A DNA stretch of 64,000 nt from Octopus vulgaris (GCA_951406725.2 OX597817.1:33728001-33792000); one strand, 5' to 3'. Shown: positions 13,700 through 27,606, numbered from the stretch's first letter. The notes: generated by a model from the letters alone, not told the origin. Made by a program: numbers and translations.

Positions 13700-14900
13700 C
13701 GGTATTCTTGTTGTGTGTAGCAATGAAACCCTTCAAAATTTGTGGGCCGAACTTTGCGACATAGTACTGAAAAGTTTCTGGCCTTGGGTAAAAGAAAATA
13801 CAGGAGGATCAGTTAATTATGATTTTCATTCAACATATTCCCCTCTCAGATTCACACACTTATTGCAACGGTCCTTCAGTTTTTCTAATCCCAGTAAAAG
13901 AACTTGGAAGTTTGGACCTCTAACCAGGCCTTAAAGCCAGGAGCTTTTCAGCAGGCTCTCGTAAGTTCAAGTAAGATTTGTTGTAGGTCTTAAATGGAGC
14001 TTTATAGGGAGTTAGTAGCTGGTCATAACTGAAGTGTTGTCTAATCTTCAAAAGATTGTAGTTACGTTTTGTGTGTGAGGTTGACAAGATTGATCAGCAT
14101 GTAAGGTCTAGTATTTATAGTAACTTCAGGGTGATTGGAAAAGTGTGTTTTATATACTCACATATATCAACTCTCAACGAAACTTTAGTAAGTGTAGTTT
14201 GGTTTGAAGGATTGAATACTTTTTCTTAGATGGGAATCGAGTGTGCAGTTAACGAGTTGATAGAATGTATGTTTTTAGATAGGAATGGAATCCATGAATG
14301 TTTATGTAACGGAATTAGAAATGTTTAACGGTTATTTTATTGTTACACAGAAAGAAAATTGTTGCTTCCGAAGTAAACAGCAAAAAGTTTGGTTTGAAAT
14401 CCATAAAAAGGAAAACTATTGTAAACTACAGCGTTTACTGATAAAAATCAGATTGTATTCATCGACAGCCGACGCATGTTTGTATGGAGAACATCAAAAG
14501 AACTTATCGTTCTGGTCATTTGCCAGGAGGATTTCAACCAACTTTGCGGAGTCCTCCATTTTACCACCCCTAAACCAAGAAAAGCTGCCATCCACAGTTC
14601 CACAAAAAAGAACTTCCTCCCCTACTTCTCTCTCTCTTCCTCTCCTTTCACTCACACTTTCTCCCCCACTCTCCCTTTCTCTTTCCAAATGGATTTTTCT
14701 TGCAAGTACAGAGTTAAAAGCATACGAATTCCTTTTTCGGTCGTAAAACTTGATTAGGCAGTTCATTCTCAAGAACATCTGACGGAAAATATTGAACTGG
14801 TAAGTCAGCAACCTCTAGACGACGCTGTTAAATCAAAACAATATCTGAAGTCCAATGATTTCATCAGAATTAGGTTCTAGAGTGTTTTAAACCGAAATAT
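13700..14900 (-). mobile_element. Highly degraded retroelement remnant, possibly Penelope-like
   Basis: Only short RSKLP and RCNKC-like motifs are readable on the minus strand; boundaries approximate. Confidence 0.25.
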
Positions 14901-15285
14901 CAGATACAGTGATAATATATTAAGACATAAAAGGGAAATAGATTGTTTAATACAAAACCGCATCGTATGGACTTCTTAAATATGGACTTCTGTGTGTGAG
15001 TATGTGCGTGCATATATACATATATACACACACACAGACATCCATCTATCTATCCATACATACATACATACATACATACAGGCAGGCAGGCTGACCGGCA
15101 GACTGAGAGTGCAACAAATGAACACGATATCTAGAAAAATGTAAGTCAGCAAGACCTTTTTAAGATTTAAAATGATGTTGAACAAAACAAGATGCTTTTC
15201 TTCATAACCTTTGCTATCAAGCAGGTGGCCAATTAAAATTAATTCAAGATTTACAAGAGAAAAGAAAAAGCAAACATACATACAT

Positions 15286-15840
15286 GGTGGCTGCCCCCTC
15301 GTTATCGAGTATGGCCATTGCACGAAGCTTAATCAATGTTGTTATCGTGCAATGCCTGTGCAAGAAGATATTTTTTTAAGTGAGGAAAGGCTGTGCACTG
15401 AGTCAATCCCACTCACTAAGCAACAGCAGCCATAATCCGAAAAGAAGAACAAATCAACATCTTCGGTAACCGCTGAGCCGCAGGTTTTATGTCGGAGTTA
15501 TCCCAGTTACCTGAGTTACTTTCTCCTAGAAGGATGCCTTAACAAAGGCTAGGAGTCCTTCACTCCCAATGGTTTAACCGCGCGATCGGGTATTCAGTCC
15601 GATTATTTCTATGTCCCCGCGCATGATACAGCCTTAAGACATTTATTGGATGGCCGTTGACTCTCAAGAGTTCCTCCACCCCTTTGACGGGTTTTGATTT
15701 TCATCCCGCAGGGTGTCCAATAAACACCCTCATCACCAAGCAAGCTTGGTGGGGTTGCCGGTTTAATCGCCGACGACCCGACCATGCAACAGGTTGTACT
15801 GGGTTACATGTTACCAGTAGCACTCGAAAGTGACCTGACA
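15286..15840 (-). mobile_element. Non-autonomous RTE-derived retroposon (5'UTR-like plus 3' end) in a (TATG)n tract; partial second copy at about 17305-17390
   Basis: Minus-strand end ...ggccatactcgataacgagggggcagccacc(atgt)n resembles RTE 3' ends; aaacatacatacat on both flanks; gcttggtggggttgccggttt repeated at 17304. Confidence 0.5.
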
Positions 15841-18800
15841 TAAACATACATACATACATACATACATACATAGATGCATGCATGCATACATACAGACATA
15901 CATACATACACACGCACACTCACGCACTCGCACACACACACAAACACAGTTGTAATACCGCAAATTGTTTTATTTATTTCCAGCTTTATCAGCACAAGGA
16001 ACGAAAAGACAGTCTCTCGATTTGGAAATCAAGATTTTTAGTACATGTGTATACGATATTCTAAGTTCTAAACACTTGCTATTTGATATACATCATCACT
16101 ACTTTCCCTTGTTCACCGCCATAAATAATGCAAAAGTGTCCCTTTTAAGGTCCCAGTGAATTCTAAAACCCTCGTTAAATACACCTAACATGCGGAAGCA
16201 CAATATTTATATCTAAACAAACACAGAAGAGTATTGTACGCATCTCCAAATAACCACAATACGGTTAATACGAAAACTAGTAAATGCTTAAGCCGATCGC
16301 AATAAAAAGAGGCATATTAATGGATCGTAGTGAGAATTTTAGCAAAATTCGTCAAACGATCCACTATCTTAAGACCTTGCTATCGATTTTACTTCTAAAC
16401 TGCGCTTAAGATTGGCAGGGTTAAGAGTAAGATAGCTTCTGGAAATAAAATGAAATTTATCATCAGATCAAAAACTACAGTGGCTTACTTATAAAAATTT
16501 ACTTGTCGCTAACTATTCTTATTTTCCTTTTATTCAGTCATCCAGCCGAAATTACCTCAATCACTCCTGACACATAGGGTAAAATCCAGTTCCCAAATAA
16601 ACAGGTGGTCGTTTGTATCGGTACCAATTACTCGATAAGAATTTTATGGAACCGTTTGATTACTACTGTGGTCGGGTATGAGAATTTTAATGTTTCCTGC
16701 TCTTATTTTTCCTCTGAGTGAGGAAGAGAGATAAAGTGGCGTTATCGCTTTGTTGGTGGTCAACCAAATGCTTGCCCACAACCATAGTAACTCTTAACAC
16801 ATCGTCCCCACCACGAAACACATACACAATGCTAAAGGCTTAAATTGCTGTCCGTTCTGGGATTGTAGTTGAGGAAATACAACACACGCTCAAAAAATGT
16901 CCCTACAATAAGATAACAATGGAACCTCTGCACGGTCACTCGACCAATCTGCTAGAAATACTTGACGAATCGGTTTAGAATTAAACCCGATTGCCTTGAG
17001 AAAAAAAAGGATACATTGGATAAATTATTTTGTGGGTTTATTTGAAATCTTGTGGGAGATATCAACGTTTCAGGTAGATTGTTTGCGCTTGTGTGAGGAG
17101 GGTTCGGAATGGAAACAAAAAGTGACCTAATCTAACTGTGTGGTTCAAAATGACAAATAGAATATCACTTCTTAATACGCAAGAAGTGTATGGAAGAGAT
17201 AGCCGAGTATTTGAGCACACCAAGGTTTGTAATGGTGCGCTCGTAGGGATCCTAATAAATACATATCACAAGGGAGAAAGTTTCGATTCAGGAGGTATAT
17301 TACGCTTGGTGGGGTTGCCGGTTTGTCACCCACGCGAAACGTTGTACCGGATTACACGTTACTTGTAGCACCAAGAGTGACATGACATAATATTCATACA
17401 CATACATGTATACATGCGTATGTACATGTTTTCATGCATACATACATGCATACACAACTTCGCTACATTCTTGATAAATCACTTGAAATAGACACGGGCA
17501 TGGATGTGTTGCTATCAAGTTCGCTTCGTAACCAAATAATTTCCGGTTCAATCTCACTGCGTGACACCTTGAATAGGTGCGCCCACTCGTGCAACAAAAA
17601 AGTAAAAGATTTAGCTATTTTATTCATTTGTTTACTCGATGACTTGTTTCCATTGAATTTAGTTTATCAGTGAAAGAGTTCATGGAATACAGAAGTGGGA
17701 TATTAGTTACCTGACCTTAAATATGCGTGCATGTACACCCACAAATATTATATTTCGGGGTGGTTATTTTTTTTCTTGTCAAATAAATACGCACACTATA
17801 TATCACTATATATTCGTTCTTCATTCGTTTATAATTCTCCATATTTTATCTCGTGTCCATTATCTGAGGAAGAGGAAACACGTGGATGAAAGGGTCGCAG
17901 AAGAGGTCACAGGTGTTTGACGAAATATTTCCAGACAATGGACATAAGATAAAATAAGAATAAGAATATCTGTTTTAACACGCGATTTCGCATTAGGAAT
18001 CTCACAAAGCAAATTAGTAAACATATACCCACAAACATTTATCTAAAATAGGCCCACACAAAAAAGCTTAAATTAGATATGTATGTATTTGTATGTTTGC
18101 GTGTATAAGAATTTAAACGTATAATATGCATATGTGTGTATGTGTGTGAGTGTGGTAATTTACATTTGCTGTAAAAGTTGTGATAAAAGGAATTTTTATT
18201 TTATTTGTGATAGAAATGTAAAAAGAAAGTCTAAAGATCAGAAAACATTTATCCCTATTTCATGGATTCATAGGAAGAACAAATTAAAAACGAGTCGCTT
18301 CTGTAACTTTTGGCAGCAAACTTTTGTTTTCACCTTCTTTGAAAAAGTTCTACGAATCAAGCCTCTGCCAAAGATGCTACAATTTTCTTCGCTGTTTATA
18401 AATGCAGCAAGCAAATTCATTTCTTGTTACTTTTAAGGGTCAGCGAGGACTTAATGTAGCTGGACGACGAAGATATGTAGTATATGATCGAATAATGCCT
18501 CTTTAGGGAACAAAAAAGTTCGAAGTGTTTGAACTATCTGCCAAATTTCATTCAAATCACATCTTTAAAAGGAAGGACACATTGAACAATTTAGTCCTAG
18601 ATATACAAAATATTGGGATAGTCATAGCTGGAACAGAACCAATAACAGTATTTAGTTCATCCCCCCACACCCCCACATGCACACCGAGCAAAGCAACGCA
18701 CGGGGGCCCCTACAAACGCGATCACAACATATATTTACAATGGGGGCCCGGGTAACTGCCGAGCCTACCATGTGTTGAGATGTCACTGAGTTTGGTCATA

Positions 18801-19331
18801 GGCCTACTTAATCAAATTTGATCTGGGGTTAAACAACAAGCTGTCCCAGTCCATTACTGAGATTTCATATTCTTCTGTTACTCACAATTCAAACTGAACG
18901 AGAGAAAACAAAGTGCACCGAAATGTTAACATTACCATTATGCAACACTGATGAATGTCCTAGAATAGACAAAGAAACAAGATGTCCAACACATCGAGAT
19001 CACAAACAGGTTTTGATTTCGCATCGTAGCCATCATAATTTACTCAGTTTGTTTATACTTTTAGAAACTATATGGACATCACATCAACTCATTCTCATCA
19101 TTTGAAAAACAAATTCCTAATTACTAAAAGTCAAGTAATTGCCAGTTATGAAAGAACCTCTGCACGTTCACTCAACCAACTAGAAAAGGCATCCAAATCT
19201 CCCTCAAAACGCACTCTGCCGCCTTAAAAACAAATGGACACGTTGGATAATATACTCCAAGGTGTACAAATTCACGCCTGTTGCGTAAAAGAAATAACAT
19301 AATGATTTCATTAGTTGATTCAGACTTTCAA

Positions 19332-19724
19332 TCTATATATATAAAGCTGAAGTTTTCTGTGTGTGGCAGGTTTGGTAACCTTCAACTAACACTATCTCCT
19401 CCGAGACCCTGCGGTGTAAGTTGACCAAAATTGAGAGTATGATAGAAGAAGGCTTACTCTTCATACTGTAGAAGATAAAATTCAAATCGGACCATGTTAG
19501 GACCAAAAGTTATTTACATCAAAAAGGTGCTTTTTTTTTTCTATGAAAATCCCTATTTTTTACGATTTTTTGACTGCTGTGTCACCATTTTTCGGTGTAT
19601 TTCAACCAGAAAAATGTTCACTTACAGAGAATAACAAGCTACATAATGCAAAATTTTTACTTTTCAAAAATTCCAATTCTAAAGGGTCGAAACAAACCCG
19701 AACAACGGCAGGCGATACTGCTAG
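19332..19724 (+). mobile_element. Non-autonomous Helitron-like element
   Basis: A|TC start, subterminal GC-rich hairpin, CTAG|T end; closely similar copy at 31977-32358. Confidence 0.8.
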
Positions 19725-19808
19725 TTTTAAAATAAAATTCTCAATATAAAATAAAATTCTCAATAAAATGTAATCATTCAAAGTTTCTCTCTCCACCTCT
19801 CTCTCTCT

Positions 19809-19899
<91 letters not shown>

Positions 19900-19906
19900 A
19901 CCTATT

Positions 19907-19947
<41 letters not shown>

Positions 19948-19975
19948 ACCTATTTATATATACATATATATATAT

Positions 19976-20378
19976 AATAATAAATCTCTAAGCGAGGTAT
20001 AAACAGTAACTGCTCTGTAATATAAGCGGGACCAGCCATCTGAATGTGGCTAGGGACAGGGCGGGGTGGTGGGGGTGTTACTGATGCATTTAGCCCCAGG
20101 CGACTATAGACGTCACCAGGAGAGCCGACACCATCACGGTGTCCTTGCTAGCCTGTAAAGGGAGATCAGCCTTCCCGAAGAAACGGATGTTACACACGGA
20201 CCGGTTTCGAGGTATTGCCTCTCGTCAGCGCATGGCAAACACCGTTCTTCGTTGAGGGACTTCCTCTACAGGCTAGAAATATATAGATTTTCACTGTAAA
20301 CACAGTCACTGGCGTCGAAAATCTGTTCGATAACAATAATAAATCTCTAAGCGAGGTATAAACAGTAACTGCTCTGTA
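19976..20378 (-). mobile_element. 359-nt terminally redundant unit carrying a hammerhead (retrozyme-like or Penelope pLTR-like)
   Basis: Perfect 44-bp direct repeat at 19976-20019 and 20335-20378; internal hammerhead motif. Confidence 0.75.
20193..20234 (-). ncRNA. Minimal type I hammerhead ribozyme
   Basis: catgcg CTGACGA gagg caata cctc GAAA ccgg TC cgtgtg: intact core, stems I and II, palindromic minimal stem III; predicted cleavage between 20199 and 20198. Confidence 0.8.
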
Positions 20379-21075
20379 TATATATATCCACCTATTTATA
20401 TATACATATATATATATATATATATCCACCTATTTATATATACATATATATATATATATCCACCTATTTATATATACATATATATATATATCCACCTATT
20501 TATATATACATATATATATATATCCACCTATTTATATATATATATATATCCACCTATTTATATATACATATATATATATATATCCACCTATTTATATATA
20601 CATATATATATATATTTAATATATTAATAAATAAAACATATGCATATATATATACATATATGTACTACCTACCTCTACATGTATATATACACGCATATAT
20701 GAGTACAGGACACCAAAAGAACGTCGAACACAATGAGAAACGAAAACATAGACACAAACCCAAGGAACTGGAAATTTTTCTTAAACAACAACAAAAAATA
20801 GAGTACAGGACAAATAACACAATGAAAAAACCCCTTCTTCAGTCGCCATGGTTTCATCTACTCTACGTTTCGAAGGTGAAGGCGAGACGTATCTTCGATA
20901 GAAACTTTCCTTCCTGCGAAAAGCAAATCAAATAAAATTTGAGATCTTTTTGCAGAGGGGTAAAAATGGTAACCAAAACAGGACAGTAACGACAGTACAA
21001 AATATAAGCAGTAAAAGACAGGACAAGGAAAATAACAAGACAAGAAGGGCTGTTAAGCCGAACGAAAAAAAGTAT

Positions 21076-21357
21076 GATTTGCTGGAGCTTAGTGTCATCA
21101 GCAAATATTTTCACTTTGCAGTGATGTACGACACTGGAAAGGTCATTTATGTAAATTATAAAGAGGAGCGGGCCCAAGACAGTCCCCTGGGGGACAACGC
21201 TGGTGACTTTTACTGGGCTTGAGTGGACTCCATTGACTACAACATGTTGTGTTCTATTCGCCAGGAAATACTTAATCCAGTGTAGAAGTTTTCCACGGAT
21301 ACCAACAATTGCCAATTTTGAGAGTAGGATATTATGGTCAACCCTGACGAACGCTTT
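21076..21357 (-). mobile_element. CR1/Jockey-group LINE reverse transcriptase fragment
   Basis: KAF..VDH..LL.KL...GI.G.LL.WI..FL..R.Q.V.VNG...VPQGTVLGPLLFIIYINDL...FADDTKL. Confidence 0.9.
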
Positions 21358-21924
21358 GCACGCAGCCTCCCGAAACCACCTACAACGCAACAGTCTGTGT
21401 GTCCGATAGTTCAGAAAACCGCGTAGGTGAGTTCAGCAAACCAAATTGCTTATAGCGAAAGAAACAGTAATCAAAGACGTCAGAAGAGCTGAAAATAACA
21501 AACAAAATCGTTAAGTATAACCAAAATACGAGAACTTTAATTAAGCGGCCAATAAACATTTATGGAATAAACAAACAAGTTCTTTAGAGAGTTTTTAGAA
21601 AGTTCTTTCATTTACCTCTGAAATGTGTAGACTTCTTTTGGTGAGCTCTTCTTTTATTCACCAGTCTAATGATTTATCTTCTATCTTTTTTTTTTTATCT
21701 CTTTTTTTCCGACTGGACACTTGTTGCTTCTGAATTCACGGTACCATTTCGTCTTTTTTACGTTGCCAAGTTCTCTATTTTCGCAGCCAGTTCAAAACCT
21801 TCTACGTTTCACATTAACCGCCGAAACCAGCTTCACACTCGACACCAAATACTGTAACAACTGTTCCACATGAATTTTGCCCGGCACCGTTTCGCATATC
21901 GACCACATGGCACCGGCTACTACA

Positions 21925-22416
21925 TAAGAGCATTTGCCATATTCTGAACACCTTACTTCCCTGGGCATGGACACATTGAAACTCCGTCGTCTGGCAGCTG
22001 ACTTGGCAGACACCCATAAAATTATCAACCATCTTACAAACAATAACTCTGAGCACCTTTTCAAACTCCACCCGTCTAACACCCGTGGACATATTTACAA
22101 AGTCAGAAAACAGCACAGCTCCCATGACTTTCGGAAACATTTTTTCACGCTGAGAGTTGCTGAAGCATGGAACAAACTGCCTGCATCAGTTGTTAGTTGT
22201 CGGAGCACTGCATCCTTCAAAACTTCCATGCTTTCTGAGATTCGCCAACACTACACCTGATTTTCACACACCTCCATACACACACAAGCATGTATCTGAC
22301 TCATACATTGTTCGCTTTCCAGACATTTGTACATTACTGCATATACTCTATACGCACTTTCTGACAAGTTGTGATGCACCTGAGCACTGTATACAATAAT
22401 TTCATTATTATTATTA
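21925..22416 (+). mobile_element. 5'-truncated CR1-type LINE: ORF2 C-terminus, 3'UTR and (ATT)n tail
   Basis: LPYSE.L..LG...L..RR..ADL...TRGH..K......R..FF..RV...WNKLP; ends aataatttcattattattatt. Confidence 0.88.
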
Positions 22417-23073
22417 TATAAAAAAAACCCTCACGTCGACTTTCATCGCGTCGCTCGTTGCACATCGTCTTCCAGCATGAACTCACTCGCCACGTGCGCA
22501 ATAGAAGTCTTCACCCTTCGCCCGCAACGGAAAAGCGCGCCAAAATCATTTCGCTTACGCTTTAAACAGTCGCGTAACTACAAAGAATTATTTTTTTCGT
22601 CTTCGCTTACAAAACCAGAGAGCGGTGTTCTAATTCACGTCGCACGAATGAGAAATTATCTGAATGTAATTTGTTTCGTTCTTAATATATGGGTGCCGAA
22701 GCACCTAGATTGCTAGAAATAAAAGTTAAAATACTCTTAATACTGTAAGAAGAGCGTATATATATACATATACTGACTGACTTTAGTTTCGTCTATACCG
22801 TAGACATCGTCAGTGGTGACTGTTCGAACGTCTCATGGTCAGGTAATTTCGTCTACCAGCAAATTATTATTTACCATCAAAATTTATGGATGCTTTAGCG
22901 AAATGTTAATGCGTATTCTAAAATTTAATATAAACAGCCAGGCACGATGTGATACTATAAAGGAAAATTTCAATCGTCACTAAATATGGCTGATCTTCAA
23001 GACGGTCGTGGGGCGGTTACCTCCCCTGTCTGTATATGTATATATTTGCGCTGTTCTAACAGCATAGGCGAGC

Positions 23074-23310
23074 TGGCAGAAAAGGCGGCGAGCTGGCAGA
23101 ATCGTTAGCACACCGGGTGAAATGCTTAGCCGCATTTCGTCTGCCGTTACGTTCTGAGTTCAAATTCCGCCGAGGTCGACTTTGCCTTTCATCCTTTCGA
23201 GGTCGATTAAATAAGTACCAGTTACGCACTGGGGTCGATATAATCGACTTGATCCGTTTGTCTGTCCTTCTTCGTCCCTTCTGTGTTTAGCCCCTTGTGG
23301 GTAGTAAATA
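23074..23310 (+). mobile_element. tRNA-derived SINE family A (ggcggcgagctggcagaatcgttagc...; central gcctttcatcctttcggggtcga, Meta/MESC-like). Other copies near 2350, 2625, 4140(-), 9260, 9500, 32390(-), 32600(-), 60200(-), 60400(-), 62890
   Basis: At least 10 recognisable dispersed copies with a Pol III B-box-like gagttcaaattcc; domain name from recall. Confidence 0.85.
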
Positions 23311-25374
23311 AATAAGTATTGAGACCAAATGAATGAGAGGGGTGCGATCAAGGGTAAATGGAAGTGCATTATCACAAGTAGTATATAGAGACACCTCATT
23401 GTCCGGCTGAAAGCGCGATGTTATATAAACTCACACGTGGACGGACACACACACACACACACACATACATATATACAAACATATATACACACGCGCATAC
23501 ATGTACACATACCTGCATTGCACAAAAACCTAGAAATTCTCAGTTTCACGGAAAAAGAGTAGGAGAAACTGACGTGGATTCTCCAAATCCAATCTATTTG
23601 TGGTACAGCGAAAATTTGTAAGACACTCCAAAAATTCTCCAAGTGAGATCCTTATGCACACATTTGGGTGTATGTATCGTCAGTTCAACAAACACACCAA
23701 CTCAACCACGTATTCACAAACATCGGAAATTTTTTTAACTCAGAAAGTCTTGTAATTCGTTGACTTGGAACTTATTGCAAAGCTGCATGATAAACAACAT
23801 TTTTTGTCTTCCCATTCGGGGGTCAGTAATTTTTTTTTTGTCTAACCTCTTTCTTTCTCTCAACCATCACCATCACCACCACCATCGCCACCACAACTGC
23901 CAAACACACACCATTCAGCCTTCTGACACCATTACCATCAATAACTTTGACTTCGCCACCTTCCCCTCCATCACCACTGCCTTTCACATCGCTTACTATC
24001 ACCATCATCCCTGACCGCCTCGGCTCCCACCACCAGCACCATCATCACCGTCGCCTCCACCTCTATCACAACTACAGCTCATACTATTACTATCACTCCA
24101 TTACCATCACAACCATCAATTTACTACCGCCCTCGCCGTCACTATGCCTACTGTTACTCTCACCCCAGCATAAAGAACAATAGGAGTGTCACTGAATAGT
24201 GAGAGGGGGTGAAAGTGTGACACACTGATACACAGAAATTCTTTTCGGCATTTATTATATATATCTGCATGTGTATGTGTACACATATATGCATACTCAC
24301 ACACATACAAACATATTCTGCTTCCACTCTTTTTCTTGTCAACCTGCGTTAATTGGTCTTAATGATCATTTGATGTCAAAAGAATTCTTTAAACTGTAGG
24401 CATGTCATCTGTTAATCAGCTAACTCATAAATCACTTTCCATCAGCTGTTGAATATCAATGTTATGATACAAATTAGTAGCTAACCACTCCTACTTTTTA
24501 AGAATGAATTGATGCTACTACGATGTGTGTTTGTGTGTGTACGCATGCGCGTGCGCGTGTAAATTAGTCATTTAGAATGTGAGTACAGTGAATCGTGCAG
24601 CTACCATAGAAAGCTCCTCTTGTGGACTCAGCAACCAGTCTACATATTAAACAACTGAGAAGAAATGTAAAATAGAGTGTCCATGAAACAAATGAAAGGA
24701 TAACAGAATGCCTCTCTTACCACAATGTCAATATAGAAAATAATGTTGAGTAGCAGATGTGGTAAAACACAAACTCAAGAACATTCACTGATAACAAATG
24801 CTTGAGCAGAGGCACATAAATGTGTGTTGTGTGCAAGAGGTAAGATGAAGTGGGGCCTCAACTAGACTCTTCTCGTGCAAGGAACACAGGTTCAGGTGAC
24901 TAGGATATGGCCTTTTTACCCATATAGTTCATCGGGTTATACAGGAAGATATCATAGCCAACAATTGGTGTAGCAGCATTTCAACAGTTACAAAGGCAAA
25001 AAAGCAAAGGAAGATATAATTACAGAGGTATCAGATTACAGGACCTAGTTATAAAATTTACAGAATAAGTTATAGCTCAATTAATTAGGAACTGAGTTAG
25101 CCTAGATGAGATGCAGTTTGTCTTCTAGCTCTTTCTCTTGACATTGAGTGATAGTATCTGTTACACAATTTCGAATTGTTACACAATTTTGTAACAGTGA
25201 TAGTATCTGTTTCAAAATTTTGAATTTTCCATGAAAACTTGTCCAGCCATGGGGAAAATATTACCTTTCTTGGAAACTGCTGAGGACTGGTAACAGAAAA
25301 AGCATAAAAGATATGCCTCAATGAATTCTGTCTGACTCATGCAAGTATTAGAAAGTGGAATGTTTAATGAATGA

Positions 25375-25405
<31 letters not shown>

Positions 25406-26806
25406 CAATAAAGAGTAGGAAAAAAACAAAAAATAAATACTTATTACTCATAAAATTTATTTTAAGAATATAAAAACATTAATCAAACTTTAGAAGTATT
25501 TGTGAAATGAAATGTTAAATCTTTTAAATATGAAACGATAGGCTTGTTAGATAAATAGTTTGACAAGCATTTGTTATTCTTTTGGTACAGTTGTGATATT
25601 TTCATTTATTGAAAGAAAAATTTTGTTAATCACTGACTTATTGGTTGGTGAAGTTTTTCACTCAGTAAATTCAAAATTGAAGAAAGAAGGACTTCGCTTA
25701 TCATCTTTTACAGATCAGCCTGATTGAACAAAAATATGATCAAAAGCACTCCAATTAAGACCATCCTATCATTTATTTAGAAACTGTATATCTAAGACTA
25801 AATAATTTAATATCCTTCCTTTTTTAAGCATGTGATTTGGAAGGAAATTTAGCTGTCTTTCCAGCAGATTGAATGACCACATAGAGGCTTCATCATAGTA
25901 ATGTATTGGGATTGATTAACTCTACTAAAATGCTCCTTTGCAAATTTCTGGGCTTATAGTCAATGTAAGAAATTAATGCTGCAAGAAACTGGCAGAAACG
26001 ATGAATACAGTTCAAACATTACAAGGAACAAAAGTTTAAAGTTCCAGTCATGCCATCACCAACTTCATGCTTGTTGTTGTTTAGAAGACAGAGCAGATCT
26101 ACAATAAAAAATGTTCTTACCATGACTTTTCCATCTTTTGTTCAGATAATGTATTTGGAAAGGTTATATAATGATTATATAATGTGCCCTTTCATGTTGA
26201 AAGATGTCAGAGTATAACTGAAAGGAGATACCGCTACTATTTCTTACAAGGCGAGATACCACATAGAGGCTCCCCTCGTGGACTTGTCCATTTTGGGCTT
26301 GTTAAAATGAGTTTCAGTAATATGCAAGAATCAATTCATTCAAGATAAATCCATCTGAATGAATTTTTGTTTCTTTAAACTGACCCCCATGTTTAGTTTA
26401 AGACAACACACAGGTAATATATAGAATGCCCCTGAAAAGGAGATAAGTTCACAGCCTATGAGATGAGTTGTAGATGTGACTCAGTTACAGTTCTTGTTAG
26501 TAGCCATTCCATTTAACTCCTGTCTCTTATGCCCTTAAAAGAAGGCATAATCATCATTTCTCTCCGTCACTTTCTGTTTTTTGTCAATAATTATATGCTT
26601 TTGTACCAAACAAAAATACATCAGCATTCACACAAATGGCAAGAACTGCAGGAGATGCATTCATGTTCATGGTAAGCTTAAAATCACATCACACATGATT
26701 AGCTATGAGATTCCCTCGACAAAACTCATTGTATATCTATCACGTCATGGCGACACACACATACATACATACATGCATGCATACATACATGCATGCATAC
26801 ATACAT

Positions 26807-26848
<42 letters not shown>

Positions 26849-27158
26849 TAAATTAGAGATAAAACCACTATTAGGCAAATCAAACAGTGAAAAACATAAG
26901 CCAATACATAAAATTAATTTTAAAATATAAAAGTTAAAATTTTAAAAATTATTTATATAATTTAAACTTATAAATTTTAAATATATATATATACAAATAT
27001 ATATATATATATATATATGTATGTATATTTTTATAATTATATATTATTTTATTTATGATTTATTTATTTATTAATTAATTTTTTTTCTTTTTTCTTTTCT
27101 TTTTTTTTATTATATAAATATCAAAAGTATTAAAAGTTTAATAAAAGATAAAGAGTAA

Positions 27159-27192
<34 letters not shown>

Positions 27193-27606
27193 TGCAAACA
27201 GCATTCTTTCTACTAAATCCACTTACATGACCTTGCCCAAGGGACTATGCAGATGGAGTGAACCCAAAACCATATGGCTGGAAAGTGAACTTCTTAACCA
27301 CAGCAATGCAATGCAATGCATGCATGCATACATACATATGCATACATACATATACCCAAAATGTTTCGGTTTATATATATATATGTATAGATAGATACTC
27401 TAATATACTCTCCTATCTATGCTCTATCTAATGCCAATGGGAAAGAAATTCTTAACATTTAAAATTAAAAGAAAAAAATCATGTATAACATGGATAACTT
27501 ACTTTTCAGTATAATACTTACCAGAATTTGAACTCCTATCTTTGGAATTATACCCATCTCAGATCATTCTCGGCAATGTTTTGTAAATTCACTCCCAAAA
27601 CATACT

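Larger units (their letters stand above)
19898..20615. repeat. Minisatellite CCACCTATTTATATATAC(AT)n, about 9 units, interrupted by the hammerhead unit
   Basis: Units at 19898, 19946, 20388, 20426, 20460, 20492, 20524, 20550 and 20584. Confidence 0.9.

Noticed and set aside
14285-14811. 153-aa and overlapping ORFs
   Set aside because: No recognisable domain; partly a CT-rich low-complexity tract within a decayed repeat
20838-20885. Permuted (type II) hammerhead: GAAACGTA followed by CTGAAGA on the minus strand
   Set aside because: Stem I cannot form and stem II pairing is poor; at most a decayed PLE terminus
23860-24170. His/Thr/Pro-rich ORFs
   Set aside because: Degenerate (CAC/CAT)n low-complexity tract without splice support
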